Shown: one piece after another, positions 37,200 to 46,981 of the stretch | Numbering within the stretch: position 1 is the first letter of the stretch | Layout of the letters: each line of letters opens with the position of its first letter | NCBI GenBank assembly: GCA_964461075.1 | Contig: CAYWST010000001.1 | Span: forward strand, 11,234-75,233 | DNA: 64,000 bases | Reading direction: 5' to 3' | Origin: an uncultured Solibacteraceae bacterium | Lineage (GTDB): Bacteria > Acidobacteriota > Terriglobia > Bryobacterales > Bryobacteraceae | Translations under genes and position numbers: made by a program | The notes under the pieces: model-generated | What the model saw: only the letters and a program-made list of their open reading frames with translations | What the model was told of the DNA's origin: nothing | Databases searched by the model: none

Positions 37200-39148
37200 C
37201 CGGCGGCGAGAGCCTTCCTGCCGGCCTCGATCACTTCGAGGATTCTGTCCACATCGAAGACCGCGCCCGCCCAGGTTCCCCCCGAGACGTCCTGCAGCGC
37301 CGCCCATAGCCGGGTCTCCGGAGGCAGCAGCGGGTCGGGCGCGAGATTCGGATTGGGATCGCGGAGCGCGAGATCGTCCGGCCCGACGTAGTTCACCGAG
37401 CCTTCAAGCGTATTCCGGTCGATGACGATTTCGATCTCGTCGCCGTCCCTGAGTTTGCCGATGGGGCCGCCGGCGAGCGCCTCGGGGGAGACGTGGCCGA
37501 TGCAAGCGCCCGTCGAGACGCCGCTGAAGCGGGCGTCGGTGACCAGCGCGACATGCTTTCCGAAGGGAAGGTACTTCAGGGCGGAGGTAAGCTGGTAGGT
37601 CTCCTCCATCCCCGAGCCCATCGGCCCGCGAGCCGCGAGAACAAGGACGTCGCCCGCCTTCACATCGCCATTCTTGATCGAGGCGATCGCCGCCGGTTCG
37701 GTCGTGAACACCCTTGCCGGGCCTCTCATCCGGTACACGCCGTCCTCGCCGACCACGGAGCGGTCGATGGACGTGGCTTTGATCACTGCGCCTTCGGGCG
37801 CGAGATTGCCGCAGGGGAAGCAGACGGTGGAGGTCAACCCGCGGCGGCGGGCCGAGTCCGGGTCCATGATGACATCCTCCGGCGCCACGCCGTCGCGGTC
37901 GCGCAACAGCTTCCGGAAGGTGGCGCGACGTTCGCTCTGCTCCCACCAGTTGAGGACCTCGTCAAGCGTCGATCCGCTCACGGTCAGCGCACGCGTGTTG
38001 AGCAGACCGGCGCGGCGCAGGTGAAGCATCACCTCCGGAACGCCGCCCGCGAAGAAGACAAAGACGGTGGCGAAGTTGGCCGGCCCGTTCGGCAGCGCAT
38101 CGACGAGTCTCGGAATCTGGCGGTTCACCCGCATCCAATCGGCCACCGCCGGCCGGGTGAGTCCGGCGTGATACGCGATGGCCGCGGTATGGATGATGAG
38201 GTTCGTTGAGCCGCCGAAAGCGGCATGCAGGACCAGCGCGTTCTCGAGCGCGGCGGAGGAGAGAATCTCCGGCGTGCGCACACCGGCGGCGGCGAGCGAC
38301 TTGAGCGCCCGCGCACTGCGGACCGCCATGTCGCGCCAGACGGGTTGGCCCGAGGGGGCCAGCGCCGAGTGCGGCAGACTCAATCCGAGCGCCTCGCCGA
38401 TCACCTGAGACGTCGCGGCTGTGCCCAGGAACTGGCAGCCGCCGCCCGGCGAAGCGCACGACGAGCAGCCGACCTCGGCGGCGTATTCCCGTGTGATGGC
38501 CCCATGGGCGAAACGCGCCCCGAGACTCTGCACCATGCCGGTGTCCTCGCTTCTGGCTCCGGCGCTGTCATCTGCGGCGAGCATGACGCCTCCAGGAACG
38601 AGAACCGCCGGCAGGTCGCGCGTGGCCGCTAAAGCCATCATCATCGCCGGCAGGCCCTTGTCGCAGGTCGCGACCCCCAAGACGCCTTTCCTGTTGGGCA
38701 GCGAACGGGTCAGGCGCCGGAACAACTGCGCCGCGTCATTGCGATAGGGCAGAGAGTCGAACATCCCGGGCGTGCCCTGAGTGCGCCCGTCGCAGGGATC
38801 GGAACAATAGGCGGCGAAGGGGATGGCGTTGAGCGCGGCGAATTCACGCGCCGCCGCCTCCACCAGAAGGCTCACCTCCCAGTGCCCGCTATGGAAGCCC
38901 AGCGCCACCGGCCTGCCGTCCGGCGCGCGCAGCCCGCCATGCGTCGAGAGAATCAGAAACTCCGGATCCGCCATCCTGGCCGGATCCCAGCCCATCCCGG
39001 CGTTCTGCGTCCAGCCGAAAAGATCTCCGGACGGCGATTCGAGCAGTTGCCTGTCAGTCAGCGGCAAAAACCCTTCCGGGCCGCGGGCGCGCGACCGGGT
39101 CGCATAGATGCCGGCGTCGCTTGAGTCGAGGATGCTGTGGATGTCCAT
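37181..39148 (-). CDS. IlvD/Edd-family dehydratase, YjhG/YagF-type (D-xylonate dehydratase-like)
   Basis: 655 aa. The N-terminus resembles YjhG ([12 protein letters not shown]). The Fe-S/Mg-site-type segments are [15 protein letters not shown] and [20 protein letters not shown]. Confidence 0.82.
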   Translation of the reverse strand: MDIHSILDSSDAGIYATRSRARGPEGFLPLTDRQLLESPSGDLFGWTQNAGMGWDPARMADPEFLILSTHGGLRAPDGRPVALGFHSGHWEVSLLVEAAAREFAALNAIPFAAYCSDPCDGRTQGTPGMFDSLPYRNDAAQLFRRLTRSLPNRKGVLGVATCDKGLPAMMMALAATRDLPAVLVPGGVMLAADDSAGARSEDTGMVQSLGARFAHGAITREYAAEVGCSSCASPGGGCQFLGTAATSQVIGEALGLSLPHSALAPSGQPVWRDMAVRSARALKSLAAAGVRTPEILSSAALENALVLHAAFGGSTNLIIHTAAIAYHAGLTRPAVADWMRVNRQIPRLVDALPNGPANFATVFVFFAGGVPEVMLHLRRAGLLNTRALTVSGSTLDEVLNWWEQSERRATFRKLLRDRDGVAPEDVIMDPDSARRRGLTSTVCFPCGNLAPEGAVIKATSIDRSVVGEDGVYRMRGPARVFTTEPAAIASIKNGDVKAGDVLVLAARGPMGSGMEETYQLTSALKYLPFGKHVALVTDARFSGVSTGACIGHVSPEALAGGPIGKLRDGDEIEIVIDRNTLEGSVNYVGPDDLALRDPNPNLAPDPLLPPETRLWAALQDVSGGTWAGAVFDVDRILEVIEAGRKALAAGHSSRL

Positions 39149-39238
39149 TCAGAGGCGATCATATCGGACGCGGCGCCAGCATGCCGGAACCGGCCGGGCC
39201 TGTCCGTTACACTGAAGATTCCCGAGGGAGTCATCGTC

Positions 39239-39751
39239 TTGCAATCACGAGCACAACGCCTCGTCGCTGTTTACCCGGGCAGTTTCGACCCGATCACGAA
39301 CGGACACCTTGACCTTGTCGAGCGCTGCGCGCCGCTGGTGGACCAACTCATCGTCGCCGTGCTCCGAAATGAGCATAAGAACCCCCTGTTCTCGCTCGAT
39401 GAGCGCGTGGCCATGCTGAGAGAGGTCTTAAGCGGATTCCCGAACGTGGCCGTCGAGAGCTTCGACGGGCTGCTGATCGACTACGCCCGCAGCCGCGGCG
39501 CGCGTCTGCTTCTGCGAGGGATCAGGGCGATCTCCGACTACGAATACGAACTGCAAATGGCGCTCATGAACCGCCGCCTCGCGCCGGAGATCGAAACCAT
39601 GTTTATGATGGCAGGAGAGGCGTATTCTTTCATCAGCAGCAAACTGGTGAAGGAAGTGATCGGACTGGGCGGCGATATCCGCGGCCTCGTCCCCCCGAGC
39701 GTCGAAGAGCAGCTCAAACAGCGGTTCAGAGTGCAAGGCGCCTCATCCTGA
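39239..39751 (+). CDS. coaD: pantetheine-phosphate adenylyltransferase
   Basis: ORF 39137-39751 trimmed to the TTG 8 nt after GAGGGAG. The motifs VAVYPGSFDPITNGHLDLVER, ISDYEYE and SSKLVKEV are present. Confidence 0.9.
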   Translation: MQSRAQRLVAVYPGSFDPITNGHLDLVERCAPLVDQLIVAVLRNEHKNPLFSLDERVAMLREVLSGFPNVAVESFDGLLIDYARSRGARLLLRGIRAISDYEYELQMALMNRRLAPEIETMFMMAGEAYSFISSKLVKEVIGLGGDIRGLVPPSVEEQLKQRFRVQGASS

Positions 39752-39818
39752 GCCCGGCTCGCGCCGAGCACCCTGGGTTAGACGGGCCATACAGTTCTTA
39801 GAAAGCGGTCAGAATTCC

Positions 39819-41009
39819 ATGCAAGCCTCCACCTCTCTGGCGGAACGTATCTCTCTCATCAGCGTCAGCTCGACGGCGCGCGTCTCGGCTGAAGCCGAAC
39901 AGTTGCGGCGCGCCGGGCTGGACGTCGTCGACTTCGGAGTCGGCGAACCGGATTTCCCAACCCCCGACAACATCAAGCGGGCGGCCATTCGCGCGCTGGA
40001 GGAGAACTTCACCCGGTACACCGCCATGGCGGGCGTTCAGGAGCTTCGGCAGGCGGTCTGCGACCGCCACCGCCTGGACTTCGGTACCGCCTATTCCGTG
40101 CCGGAATGCGTTGTGAGCGTCGGCGGCAAGCATGCGATCTTCAACACGACGCAGGCGCTGGTGAACCAGGGAGACGAAGTCGTCGTTCCGATCCCTTACT
40201 GGGTGACCTACTACGATGTGGTCAACTACGCGGGCGGCAGATGCAATCTGGTCGAAACGAGCGAGGCGGAGGGCTTTTCGCTGACCGCGGCGCAGGTGGA
40301 ACGCGCCGTGACCTCGAAGACCCGGCTGATCATCGTGAACTCCCCGTGCAACCCCAGCGGCGCGCTGGTGGAAAGAGAGGAGTTTGAGAAGATCGCTCAC
40401 CTGGCGAAAAAGCGCGGAATCTGGCTGATGACGGATGAATGCTACTGCCGCTTTCTGTATGACAGCGATCCGTACTCGGTGGCGGCTCTGCCAGGCATGA
40501 AGGAGACGGTGATCGTCGCCGGCTCCCTCTCGAAGACCTATGCGATGACCGGCTGGCGGATCGGCTTCACCCTCGCGCCGGCGGCGCTCGCATCGGCCAT
40601 CATCAAGCTGCAATCGCACTCGACATCCAACCCGACCTCAATCGCGCAAAAAGCGGCCATCGAGGCCTTGACGGGCTCGCAGGAATCGGTCGGCGCAATG
40701 CTGGGCGAATATAGGAAGCGGCGCGATTATGTCATCGCCAGGCTGCGCGCAATGCCGGGCGTATCCTGTCCTGAGCCCCGAGGCGCTTTCTATGTGTACC
40801 CGAATATCGGCAATGCTCTGCGGCGCGAGGGTCCACGCACCCCGATGGAATTCGCCGAAGCGCTCCTGGCGAAAAAGCATGTGGCCGTTGTGCCGGGCGA
40901 AGCCTTTGGAACCGAGAAGCACGTGCGGATCTCTTACGCGACTTCCATGGACAATCTGAAAAAGGGCCTCGACCGGCTGGAAGGGTTCCTCGGGGAGTTG
41001 AGGGCCTGA
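39819..41009 (+). CDS. pyridoxal-phosphate-dependent aminotransferase, class I (aspartate aminotransferase-like)
   Basis: GEPDFPTP, NSPCNPSG, and SLSKTYAMTGWRIG (PLP-Lys region). Length 396 aa. Confidence 0.9.
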   Translation: MQASTSLAERISLISVSSTARVSAEAEQLRRAGLDVVDFGVGEPDFPTPDNIKRAAIRALEENFTRYTAMAGVQELRQAVCDRHRLDFGTAYSVPECVVSVGGKHAIFNTTQALVNQGDEVVVPIPYWVTYYDVVNYAGGRCNLVETSEAEGFSLTAAQVERAVTSKTRLIIVNSPCNPSGALVEREEFEKIAHLAKKRGIWLMTDECYCRFLYDSDPYSVAALPGMKETVIVAGSLSKTYAMTGWRIGFTLAPAALASAIIKLQSHSTSNPTSIAQKAAIEALTGSQESVGAMLGEYRKRRDYVIARLRAMPGVSCPEPRGAFYVYPNIGNALRREGPRTPMEFAEALLAKKHVAVVPGEAFGTEKHVRISYATSMDNLKKGLDRLEGFLGELRA

Positions 41010-41025
41010 AGGCCGCGGGAGCATT

Positions 41026-42261
41026 GTGAAACTGAGACGCCACGCGCTGTTGCCGTTATCCGTGGTGTATCTATTCGCCGGGTGCTCAAGGGAGCCGGAG
41101 CCGGCGCCGGTCCTGGGCCACGCCTATGTGGGGCCGGCGACATTGCAGATTCGGAAAGAACTGGCTGCGAGGGCGCCGCTGGTCGCCACGGTGAACCATG
41201 GAGAAAAACTGGAACTGATCGGGCGCCGGCGCCGGTTCTACGAGGTCCGCACAAGCAAGGGCGCTGAAGGATGGGTGGACGGCAGGCAACTGCTATCGCC
41301 CGAATCCATGGCGCAGATTGGCGCATTGGCCGAGCAGGTGGCGAAGGCGCCCGGACAGGGGAGGGCGACCGTTTTCGACGCCTTAAACGTCCACACCGAG
41401 CCCAACCGGCAGGCGCCGAGTTCCTTTCAGATCACTGTGGGCAAGTATGTCGATGTGATCGCCTATCAGCGCGCGCCCCGGATCCCGTTTCAAGCTCCGG
41501 ATCTAATCCCCGCCGCGCCCCCTCCCGCAAAGCGCCCGGCAAGAAAGAAGAAGGAGCCCGCGGTTCCTCCCCCGCCTCCTGGAAAAGCGCCCGCGGTCCC
41601 GGCGGACTGGCTCGCCCTCTCGGGAAACCCCTCCGGCGACATCAAGCCGCGCACGGCGCCAGGCCCAGCCGTCCAGCAAGCGCCGATGGAGGATTGGGCG
41701 CTGGTCCGCGATGAGAACGGCCGCGCGGGATGGGCTCTGGCCAGAGCGCTGTTCATGGCTGTTCCGGATGAGATCGCACAGTATGCGGAGAGAGCGAGGA
41801 TCTCCGCCTATTTCTCAATTGGCGTGATCGAGAATCGGGGAGAGCCGAAGAACGTTTGGCTGTGGGCGACGCTTACCCCGGGATCCGCCGATCGCGATTT
41901 CGATTCGTTGAGGATCTTCGCCTTCAACCCCCGGCGGCGCCGGTATGAGACCACCTTCATAGAACGGAACATCCGCGGCTGGCTGCCGATCCTTTTCCTC
42001 CGATCCGGCGGCGCCGCTCAGGCGTTCCGCGTTGTGGTGGAGGAGAAGAATGGGATCATCACGGAGCGGGAGTACGCCATTTCGGGGTTTCGGGCGCGAA
42101 TCGCCGGGCGGAGACCGGCTGATCGTCCGCAACCCTATTGGACCCTGGACAGCGGCGGCCACGGGAAGCCGAACCCGTCCGCCGGTCCGCGCGGCACGGG
42201 AGGCTGGACGGGCAAGGCGCAGGAAATCCTGGACGGCTTCAAAGACCGCCTAAAGCGCTGA
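41026..42261 (+). CDS. lipoprotein with bacterial SH3 domains
   Basis: Lipobox LFAGC. SH3b-like segments are LQIRKELAARAPLVATVNHGEKLELIG..EVRTSKGAEGWVDGRQL plus a second copy. A Pro/Lys-rich linker follows. Confidence 0.6.
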   Translation: MKLRRHALLPLSVVYLFAGCSREPEPAPVLGHAYVGPATLQIRKELAARAPLVATVNHGEKLELIGRRRRFYEVRTSKGAEGWVDGRQLLSPESMAQIGALAEQVAKAPGQGRATVFDALNVHTEPNRQAPSSFQITVGKYVDVIAYQRAPRIPFQAPDLIPAAPPPAKRPARKKKEPAVPPPPPGKAPAVPADWLALSGNPSGDIKPRTAPGPAVQQAPMEDWALVRDENGRAGWALARALFMAVPDEIAQYAERARISAYFSIGVIENRGEPKNVWLWATLTPGSADRDFDSLRIFAFNPRRRRYETTFIERNIRGWLPILFLRSGGAAQAFRVVVEEKNGIITEREYAISGFRARIAGRRPADRPQPYWTLDSGGHGKPNPSAGPRGTGGWTGKAQEILDGFKDRLKR

Positions 42262-43027
42262 AGTCCAGCCGGTCCATCGCCATGAATTCACGAACGTGCG
42301 GATGTTCGCACTCTTCGAGCCGTTCAACCGGCCCAAAGTAGATCACGCGCCCGTCGTAGAGGAATACGACTTTGTCGGCGACCTTTCTCATCAGATCGAG
42401 ATCGTGCGTGACAACGATGCCCGTCAGCTTCAACTGCCGTTTGAGCCGGAGCATCAACCCGGCCATCTGCGCGCTCATGATGGGGTCCACCATCGTCGTC
42501 GGCTCGTCGTAGAGGATGCACTCGGGCTGCGCTGCCAGAGCCCGCGCGATGGCGATGGCGCGGCGATAACCGGTCGACAGATCGGAGGGGTAGCTATCGG
42601 CGTATTCTACGAGATCGACCAGCTTCAGAAGGCCCCGGACGACTTCATGCCGGTTGGATTCGTCGTAATCCTCGCGGAGTTCGAGGGAGAACAGGATGTT
42701 CTCCGCCACAGTGAGGGAGTCGAAGAGCGCCCCGCTCTGGAAAACCATCGTGACCTTGCGGCGGATCTGCCGCAGCTCCGCTTCGGTCATGTCCGTGATA
42801 TCTCGGTGCGCGACGATCACTCGGCCGGAATCGGGTTTGAGAAAGCCCATCACGTGGTGCAGGCTGACGCTTTTGCCAACACCGCTTCTTCCGATGATCG
42901 CCAGCGTCTCGCCCGGAGAAAGATGAAACGAGCAGTCGACCAGAACAGGGTAATCGAACGTCTTACAAACGTGACGGAACTCGATGTAATACGGATGGAG
43001 GTCGGCTATCGGCTCCACGCCACCCAT
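42239..43027 (-). CDS. ABC transporter ATP-binding protein (MlaF-like), no adjacent permease
   Basis: Walker A is GRSGVGKS, Q-loop VFQSGALF, a deviant signature LSTGYRR, Walker B ILYDEPTT, and H-loop VTHD. The ATG lies 22 nt inside the end of mobA. Confidence 0.85.
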   Translation of the reverse strand: MGGVEPIADLHPYYIEFRHVCKTFDYPVLVDCSFHLSPGETLAIIGRSGVGKSVSLHHVMGFLKPDSGRVIVAHRDITDMTEAELRQIRRKVTMVFQSGALFDSLTVAENILFSLELREDYDESNRHEVVRGLLKLVDLVEYADSYPSDLSTGYRRAIAIARALAAQPECILYDEPTTMVDPIMSAQMAGLMLRLKRQLKLTGIVVTHDLDLMRKVADKVVFLYDGRVIYFGPVERLEECEHPHVREFMAMDRLDFSALGGL

Positions 43028-43566
43028 TCCTCCGGTGTGTTGACGTTGGCCGGGAGCTGCGCCTCAGGCACGGGGAGTAATTTGATCTCCCACTTTTTCA
43101 ATAACTTCCAGACTGCGAACTCGCCTCTCTCCAGAGCTTGGCGAGCATCGGCCTGGAGGCTGGAATGGTAGACCGCGCAAAGAGGTTCAGGACGGCCGGA
43201 GGCGCTCAGAGTGACTGCCGCTTGCACGCGGCCTTCCATCGCCGAAGCGATGAGAGCGCGGAGCCAGCTTGCAGTGACGCCCGGCATGTCACAGGCGGTG
43301 ATGGCCGCCCAACCTCCATGGGCCGCGCGCAGCGCCGCCTCGACGCCGCTCAGCGGACCGCATCCGGCGAAGTCCTCTCCGATGGCGGGCAGGCCGAGCG
43401 ATCGGTAGCGTTCGGGATGGCCGACGATGGTTGCGGACCCGGCGGCTTCCCTCACCTGACCGGCGACGTGCTCGATCAGCGTGGCGCCGGCGAATGGCAG
43501 CAGGGCCTTGTCGCGTCCCATCCGGACGCTGCGCCCGCCTGCCAGTACGAAGCCCGCCACCTTCAT
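43006..43566 (-). CDS. mobA: molybdenum cofactor guanylyltransferase
   Basis: ORF trimmed to MKVAGFVLAGGRSVRMGRDKALL. The motifs GPLSG and ACDMP are present. Confidence 0.85.
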   Translation of the reverse strand: MKVAGFVLAGGRSVRMGRDKALLPFAGATLIEHVAGQVREAAGSATIVGHPERYRSLGLPAIGEDFAGCGPLSGVEAALRAAHGGWAAITACDMPGVTASWLRALIASAMEGRVQAAVTLSASGRPEPLCAVYHSSLQADARQALERGEFAVWKLLKKWEIKLLPVPEAQLPANVNTPEEWVAWSR

Positions 43567-43677
43567 GACACAATGGTAGCAGTGCAACCCGTTGACTTCG
43601 GCAGCCGGTTTTATGGCCGCCTGGTGGCGATTCCTGTTTGGATCCGGGCCGGAGCCCGGTATAATCATAAAAACACA

Positions 43678-44418
43678 GTGTCTCTATTTTGTTTTCTTCT
43701 GCCGTTGGCGACGGCGCTCGCGGGAGACGCGGGTGTCAGGATGACCTCCACGGTCCGTGCGGACGCAAAGACGGGCCGGCTTGTTCGCAAGACGACCGTC
43801 ACGCCGGTCGCGGTGGCTTCCGTGAGGCTCCAGCCCAGGGAGGTGGCGCCCATCCTCGTGGAAACCTCCCCCGCCCCCGCGGGAACGGGATCCCGGATGC
43901 TGCATCATGTCGACGTCAACCAGGTGGTGGAACAGACGGCCAAGGCCCACGAGGTCGATCCACTGCTCGTTCATTCCGTGATCAAAGCTGAAAGCAACTA
44001 CAACCCGGCGGCAGTCTCGCCGAAAGGCGCCATGGGACTGATGCAGTTGATGCCGGGAACCGCACGCCGGTTTGGCGCGATGAACACCTTCGACGTTCGG
44101 CAGAACATCGAAGCAGGCGTGAAGTACCTGCGCTACCTGCAGGACATCTTCGGAAAGAACCAACTGGCGCTGGCGGCCTACAATGCCGGTGAGGGCGCGG
44201 TATTACGATACGGCAACGTGCCCCCCTACCGGGAAACGGAGAACTACGTTTACAGAGTAGGCAAGTTCTATGGCGAGGCCGTCCGAAGGAGCCGGGCGAA
44301 AGCCTCTGGCTCAGATTCGAACCAGGCCGCGGCCTCCGGGCGGATAACCGGGGAACCGTTGCGCCAACTCGAAATCGTCCGGGACGCGGAAGGCCGCATC
44401 GTCTTGCGCACTCGATAG
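43678..44418 (+). CDS. lytic transglycosylase (SLT domain) protein
   Basis: ORF 43138-44418 trimmed to the GTG giving the signal peptide VSLFCFLLPLATALAG. The SLT catalytic region is VIKAESNYNPAAVSPKGAMGLMQLMP...AYNAGEG. Confidence 0.8.
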   Translation: MSLFCFLLPLATALAGDAGVRMTSTVRADAKTGRLVRKTTVTPVAVASVRLQPREVAPILVETSPAPAGTGSRMLHHVDVNQVVEQTAKAHEVDPLLVHSVIKAESNYNPAAVSPKGAMGLMQLMPGTARRFGAMNTFDVRQNIEAGVKYLRYLQDIFGKNQLALAAYNAGEGAVLRYGNVPPYRETENYVYRVGKFYGEAVRRSRAKASGSDSNQAAASGRITGEPLRQLEIVRDAEGRIVLRTR

Positions 44419-44427
44419 GAGACAACA

Positions 44428-45870
44428 CTGGCGACCCGCGAATCGATCTGCCGCGCCGGTCTGCTGCTGACAGCTTCGCTGCTGGTTCCCTTTGCGCCCG
44501 CGCAGCAGACTCAGGCGGCATCGCCGGTCTCGGTGAAATCCGTTCGTTACTGGTCGCTGGGACAGGTCACCCGGGTTGCCATCGAAACGAGCGGAGAGGC
44601 TCGATTCCGGACTGAAACGCTGGAGGGCCCCGACAGGTTCTTTGTCGACGTGCTCGACTCGAAGCTCGACATCGGAGACCGCCGCCCGCAGGCGATTCGA
44701 GTCGGCGACGCGCTCGTCAAGCAGGTTCGCTTCGCCGCCGGCGAAGGCAAAACCAGAGTGGTCCTGGACCTGAACGGGAAGGTCGAACATGAGGTCTCCC
44801 AGTTGGCCAACCCGCACCGGATCATGATCGAGGTCAGGCTCCCGGGCAGCGGCAGGAATCCGGCGCCCTCGACGACCGTCAGCAGGACGGGGGAGGAACG
44901 GCTTGACCGGCCGCGGCCGGCGGAGACCGCCGCCCTCCCGGCTGCAAAGACCGAACCGGCGCGGCCTGAACCGGCAAAGGCCGAGCCGGCCAGGCCGGAA
45001 CCCGTGAACACCGAGCCGCTGAAGACCGCCGGCGTTGGCGCAGACAGGCCGAAGAGCGCAACGCCGCCCGACAGCGCCCAGTTGGCATCTCCCCCAAAAC
45101 CGGCCAAGCCCAGGACCGGCGGCCAGCAATCTCTGGTCCGCGCGCTCGGTCTGAAACTCGGCAAGGTGGTCATCGATCCCGGCCACGGCGGACACGACCA
45201 AGGCACCACCGGGCCGACCGGTCTCCTCGAGAAAGACCTGGTACTCGACGTGGCGCTGAAACTCGGCGCGATGATCGAAGAAAAGTTGGGCAGCGAAGTT
45301 GTCTACACGCGGACAACCGACGTCTTCATCCCGCTGGAAGAGCGCACGGCGATGGCGAATCAGCACCGCGCCGATCTCTTCATCTCCATCCATGCGAACT
45401 CTTCACCTTACAAGTCCATCTCGGGCGCGGAGGTCTACTACCTGAACTTCACCACCTCGAAGTCGGCTCTGGAGGTCGCGGCGAGAGAAAACGCGGCCCA
45501 TGGGAAAAGCATCTTCGAACTGCAGGACCTGATTCAGAAGATCGCCTTGAAGGACAAGGTGGACGAATCCCGCGAATTCGCCGCAAAGCTGCAGACCAGT
45601 CTGCACGGAGCCTGGAGCAAGCTCAATACCACGGCCAAGAATCGCGGCGTGAAAAAGGCGCCGTTCGTTGTGCTCATCGGGGCCTCGATGCCGTCGGTCC
45701 TGGCGGAGATCGGCTTCCTGAGCAATCCAAGAGACGAACAAACGCTGCGCAACCCGGAGAGCCTGGCCAAGCTGGCTGAAGCGTTGTTCAAAGGCGTGCA
45801 GCAATACGCATCGACGCTCAGCGAGATGAGAGTGGCGCAGACGTCCGGTTCGCAGCCCGGCTCCCGCTAA
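44428..45870 (+). CDS. N-acetylmuramoyl-L-alanine amidase (AMIN domain + Amidase_3), probable CTG start
   Basis: The ORF track starts at the GTG at 44533, inside the AMIN domain. The in-frame CTG at 44428 lies 6 nt after AGGAG and adds the signal peptide (M)ATRESICRAGLLLTASLLVPFAPAQQ. Amidase_3 motifs are VIDPGHGGHDQG, SIHAN and VLAEIGFLSNP. The Pro-rich linker has an imperfect EPARPEP repeat. Confidence 0.8.
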   Translation: MATRESICRAGLLLTASLLVPFAPAQQTQAASPVSVKSVRYWSLGQVTRVAIETSGEARFRTETLEGPDRFFVDVLDSKLDIGDRRPQAIRVGDALVKQVRFAAGEGKTRVVLDLNGKVEHEVSQLANPHRIMIEVRLPGSGRNPAPSTTVSRTGEERLDRPRPAETAALPAAKTEPARPEPAKAEPARPEPVNTEPLKTAGVGADRPKSATPPDSAQLASPPKPAKPRTGGQQSLVRALGLKLGKVVIDPGHGGHDQGTTGPTGLLEKDLVLDVALKLGAMIEEKLGSEVVYTRTTDVFIPLEERTAMANQHRADLFISIHANSSPYKSISGAEVYYLNFTTSKSALEVAARENAAHGKSIFELQDLIQKIALKDKVDESREFAAKLQTSLHGAWSKLNTTAKNRGVKKAPFVVLIGASMPSVLAEIGFLSNPRDEQTLRNPESLAKLAEALFKGVQQYASTLSEMRVAQTSGSQPGSR

Positions 45871-46799
45871 GGCGAACTCGGAGTTCCGGCCGCCTGATAG
45901 CAGACCCTGTTCCTTCCCAGGCGCTTTGCTTCATAGAGCGCTTCATCGGCCGCACGGATGAGATGGTCGGGCGTCACATCCTCCCCTGGCATCAGCGCGG
46001 TGGCGCCGAAGCTGGCTGTGACCGCCACATCCTCTCCCGCGAGACGGTAGGGCGCGGACTCGATCACGCCGCGCAATCTTTCGGCGTACGCGACGAGATT
46101 CCTGTCTTCGCATCCGGGGACGACGAAGAGGAACTCCTCGCCGCCATACCGGCCGAAGAAGTCGTAGCTGCGCATCCCGCCGCTGACGCGGAATGCGGTT
46201 TCCTTCAACGCTTCGTCGCCGGCCAGGTGGCCAAGCGTATCGTTGATCGATTTGAAGTGATCGATGTCCATCATGACGACGCCCAGCGGACGCCGTTCGC
46301 GCATCGCGCGCGTCACCTCACGGCCGAGGATCTCAAGGATGGATGCGCGGTTCCAAACGCGCGTGAGCCCGTCGCGGGTCGCCTGGTCCCGCAAAGCGGC
46401 CTGCGCCTCCAGAAGCTGCGCCTGGAGGTCGATGATGCGCCGGCCTACGCGGAGGCGCACTTCGAGTTCGTGGCGGTCAAAAGGCTTCACAACATAGTCG
46501 TCGGCGCCCGAGCGAAGCCCCTCGACGATGTCCGCACGCTGGCTCTTGGACGTGAGCAGGATGATGTAGGTGTAGTCGGGGCCGGCCTGCTGCCGGACAA
46601 GCTGGCATAATTCCAGGCCGGAATGACCCGGCATCATCCAATCGAGAATCGCAATGCGCGGAGGGTCTTCGGCGGATAGCGCCGCCCAGGCTTCGTCGCC
46701 GTCCCTGGCGCTGATGACTTCGTATTCCCAGCTTTCCAGAGTCGACTCAAGGAGCCTGCGCATGACGAGACTGTCATCGGCCACCAGAATGCGCATCAT
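45867..46799 (-). CDS. response regulator with GGDEF diguanylate cyclase output
   Basis: The REC domain has ILVADDS, ILDWMMPG and KPF. The GGDEF domain has the GGEEF active site, and an RxxD-like I-site context is possible. Confidence 0.9.
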   Translation of the reverse strand: MMRILVADDSLVMRRLLESTLESWEYEVISARDGDEAWAALSAEDPPRIAILDWMMPGHSGLELCQLVRQQAGPDYTYIILLTSKSQRADIVEGLRSGADDYVVKPFDRHELEVRLRVGRRIIDLQAQLLEAQAALRDQATRDGLTRVWNRASILEILGREVTRAMRERRPLGVVMMDIDHFKSINDTLGHLAGDEALKETAFRVSGGMRSYDFFGRYGGEEFLFVVPGCEDRNLVAYAERLRGVIESAPYRLAGEDVAVTASFGATALMPGEDVTPDHLIRAADEALYEAKRLGRNRVCYQAAGTPSSP

Positions 46800-46874
46800 G
46801 GCGAGACATCTTTATCCTAATCAATTCGACGGGCCCGATTGCCCCAGCCCCGCGATTCGGTTAGCTTGGTTAGT

Positions 46875-46964
46875 GGAGGAATGGCCGAGTGGTTTATGGC
46901 AGCGGTCTTGAAAACCGCAGGCGTCGAAAGGCGTCCGGGGGTTCGAATCCCTCTTCCTCCGCCA
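46875..46964 (+). tRNA. tRNA-Ser (anticodon UGA), CCA encoded
   Basis: GGAGGAA acceptor stem pairs with TTCCTCC. The anticodon stem GCGGT/ACCGC has loop CTTGAAA (anticodon TGA). A long variable arm (GGCGTCGAAAGGCGTCC) is present, with T-arm GGGGGTTCGAATCCCTC, discriminator G and CCA. Confidence 0.9.
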
Positions 46965-46981
46965 CTCCCCCGCCGCCTGAT

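Noticed and set aside
37181-39148. The YjhG/YagF-type dehydratase as a marker of a Weimberg/Dahms xylose-oxidation cluster.
   Set aside because: No xylose dehydrogenase, lactonase, KDX dehydratase or aldolase genes are adjacent. The neighbours are coaD and a TPR protein, so no pathway claim can be made from this window.
44940-45015. Imperfect tandem repeat encoding (T/A)EPARPEP(A/V) in the amidase linker. Pro/Ala/Gln-rich low complexity also occurs in RodZ (16140-16370).
   Set aside because: These are ordinary low-complexity periplasmic linker regions. There are only two imperfect copies and no evidence of a variable-number repeat or independent function.
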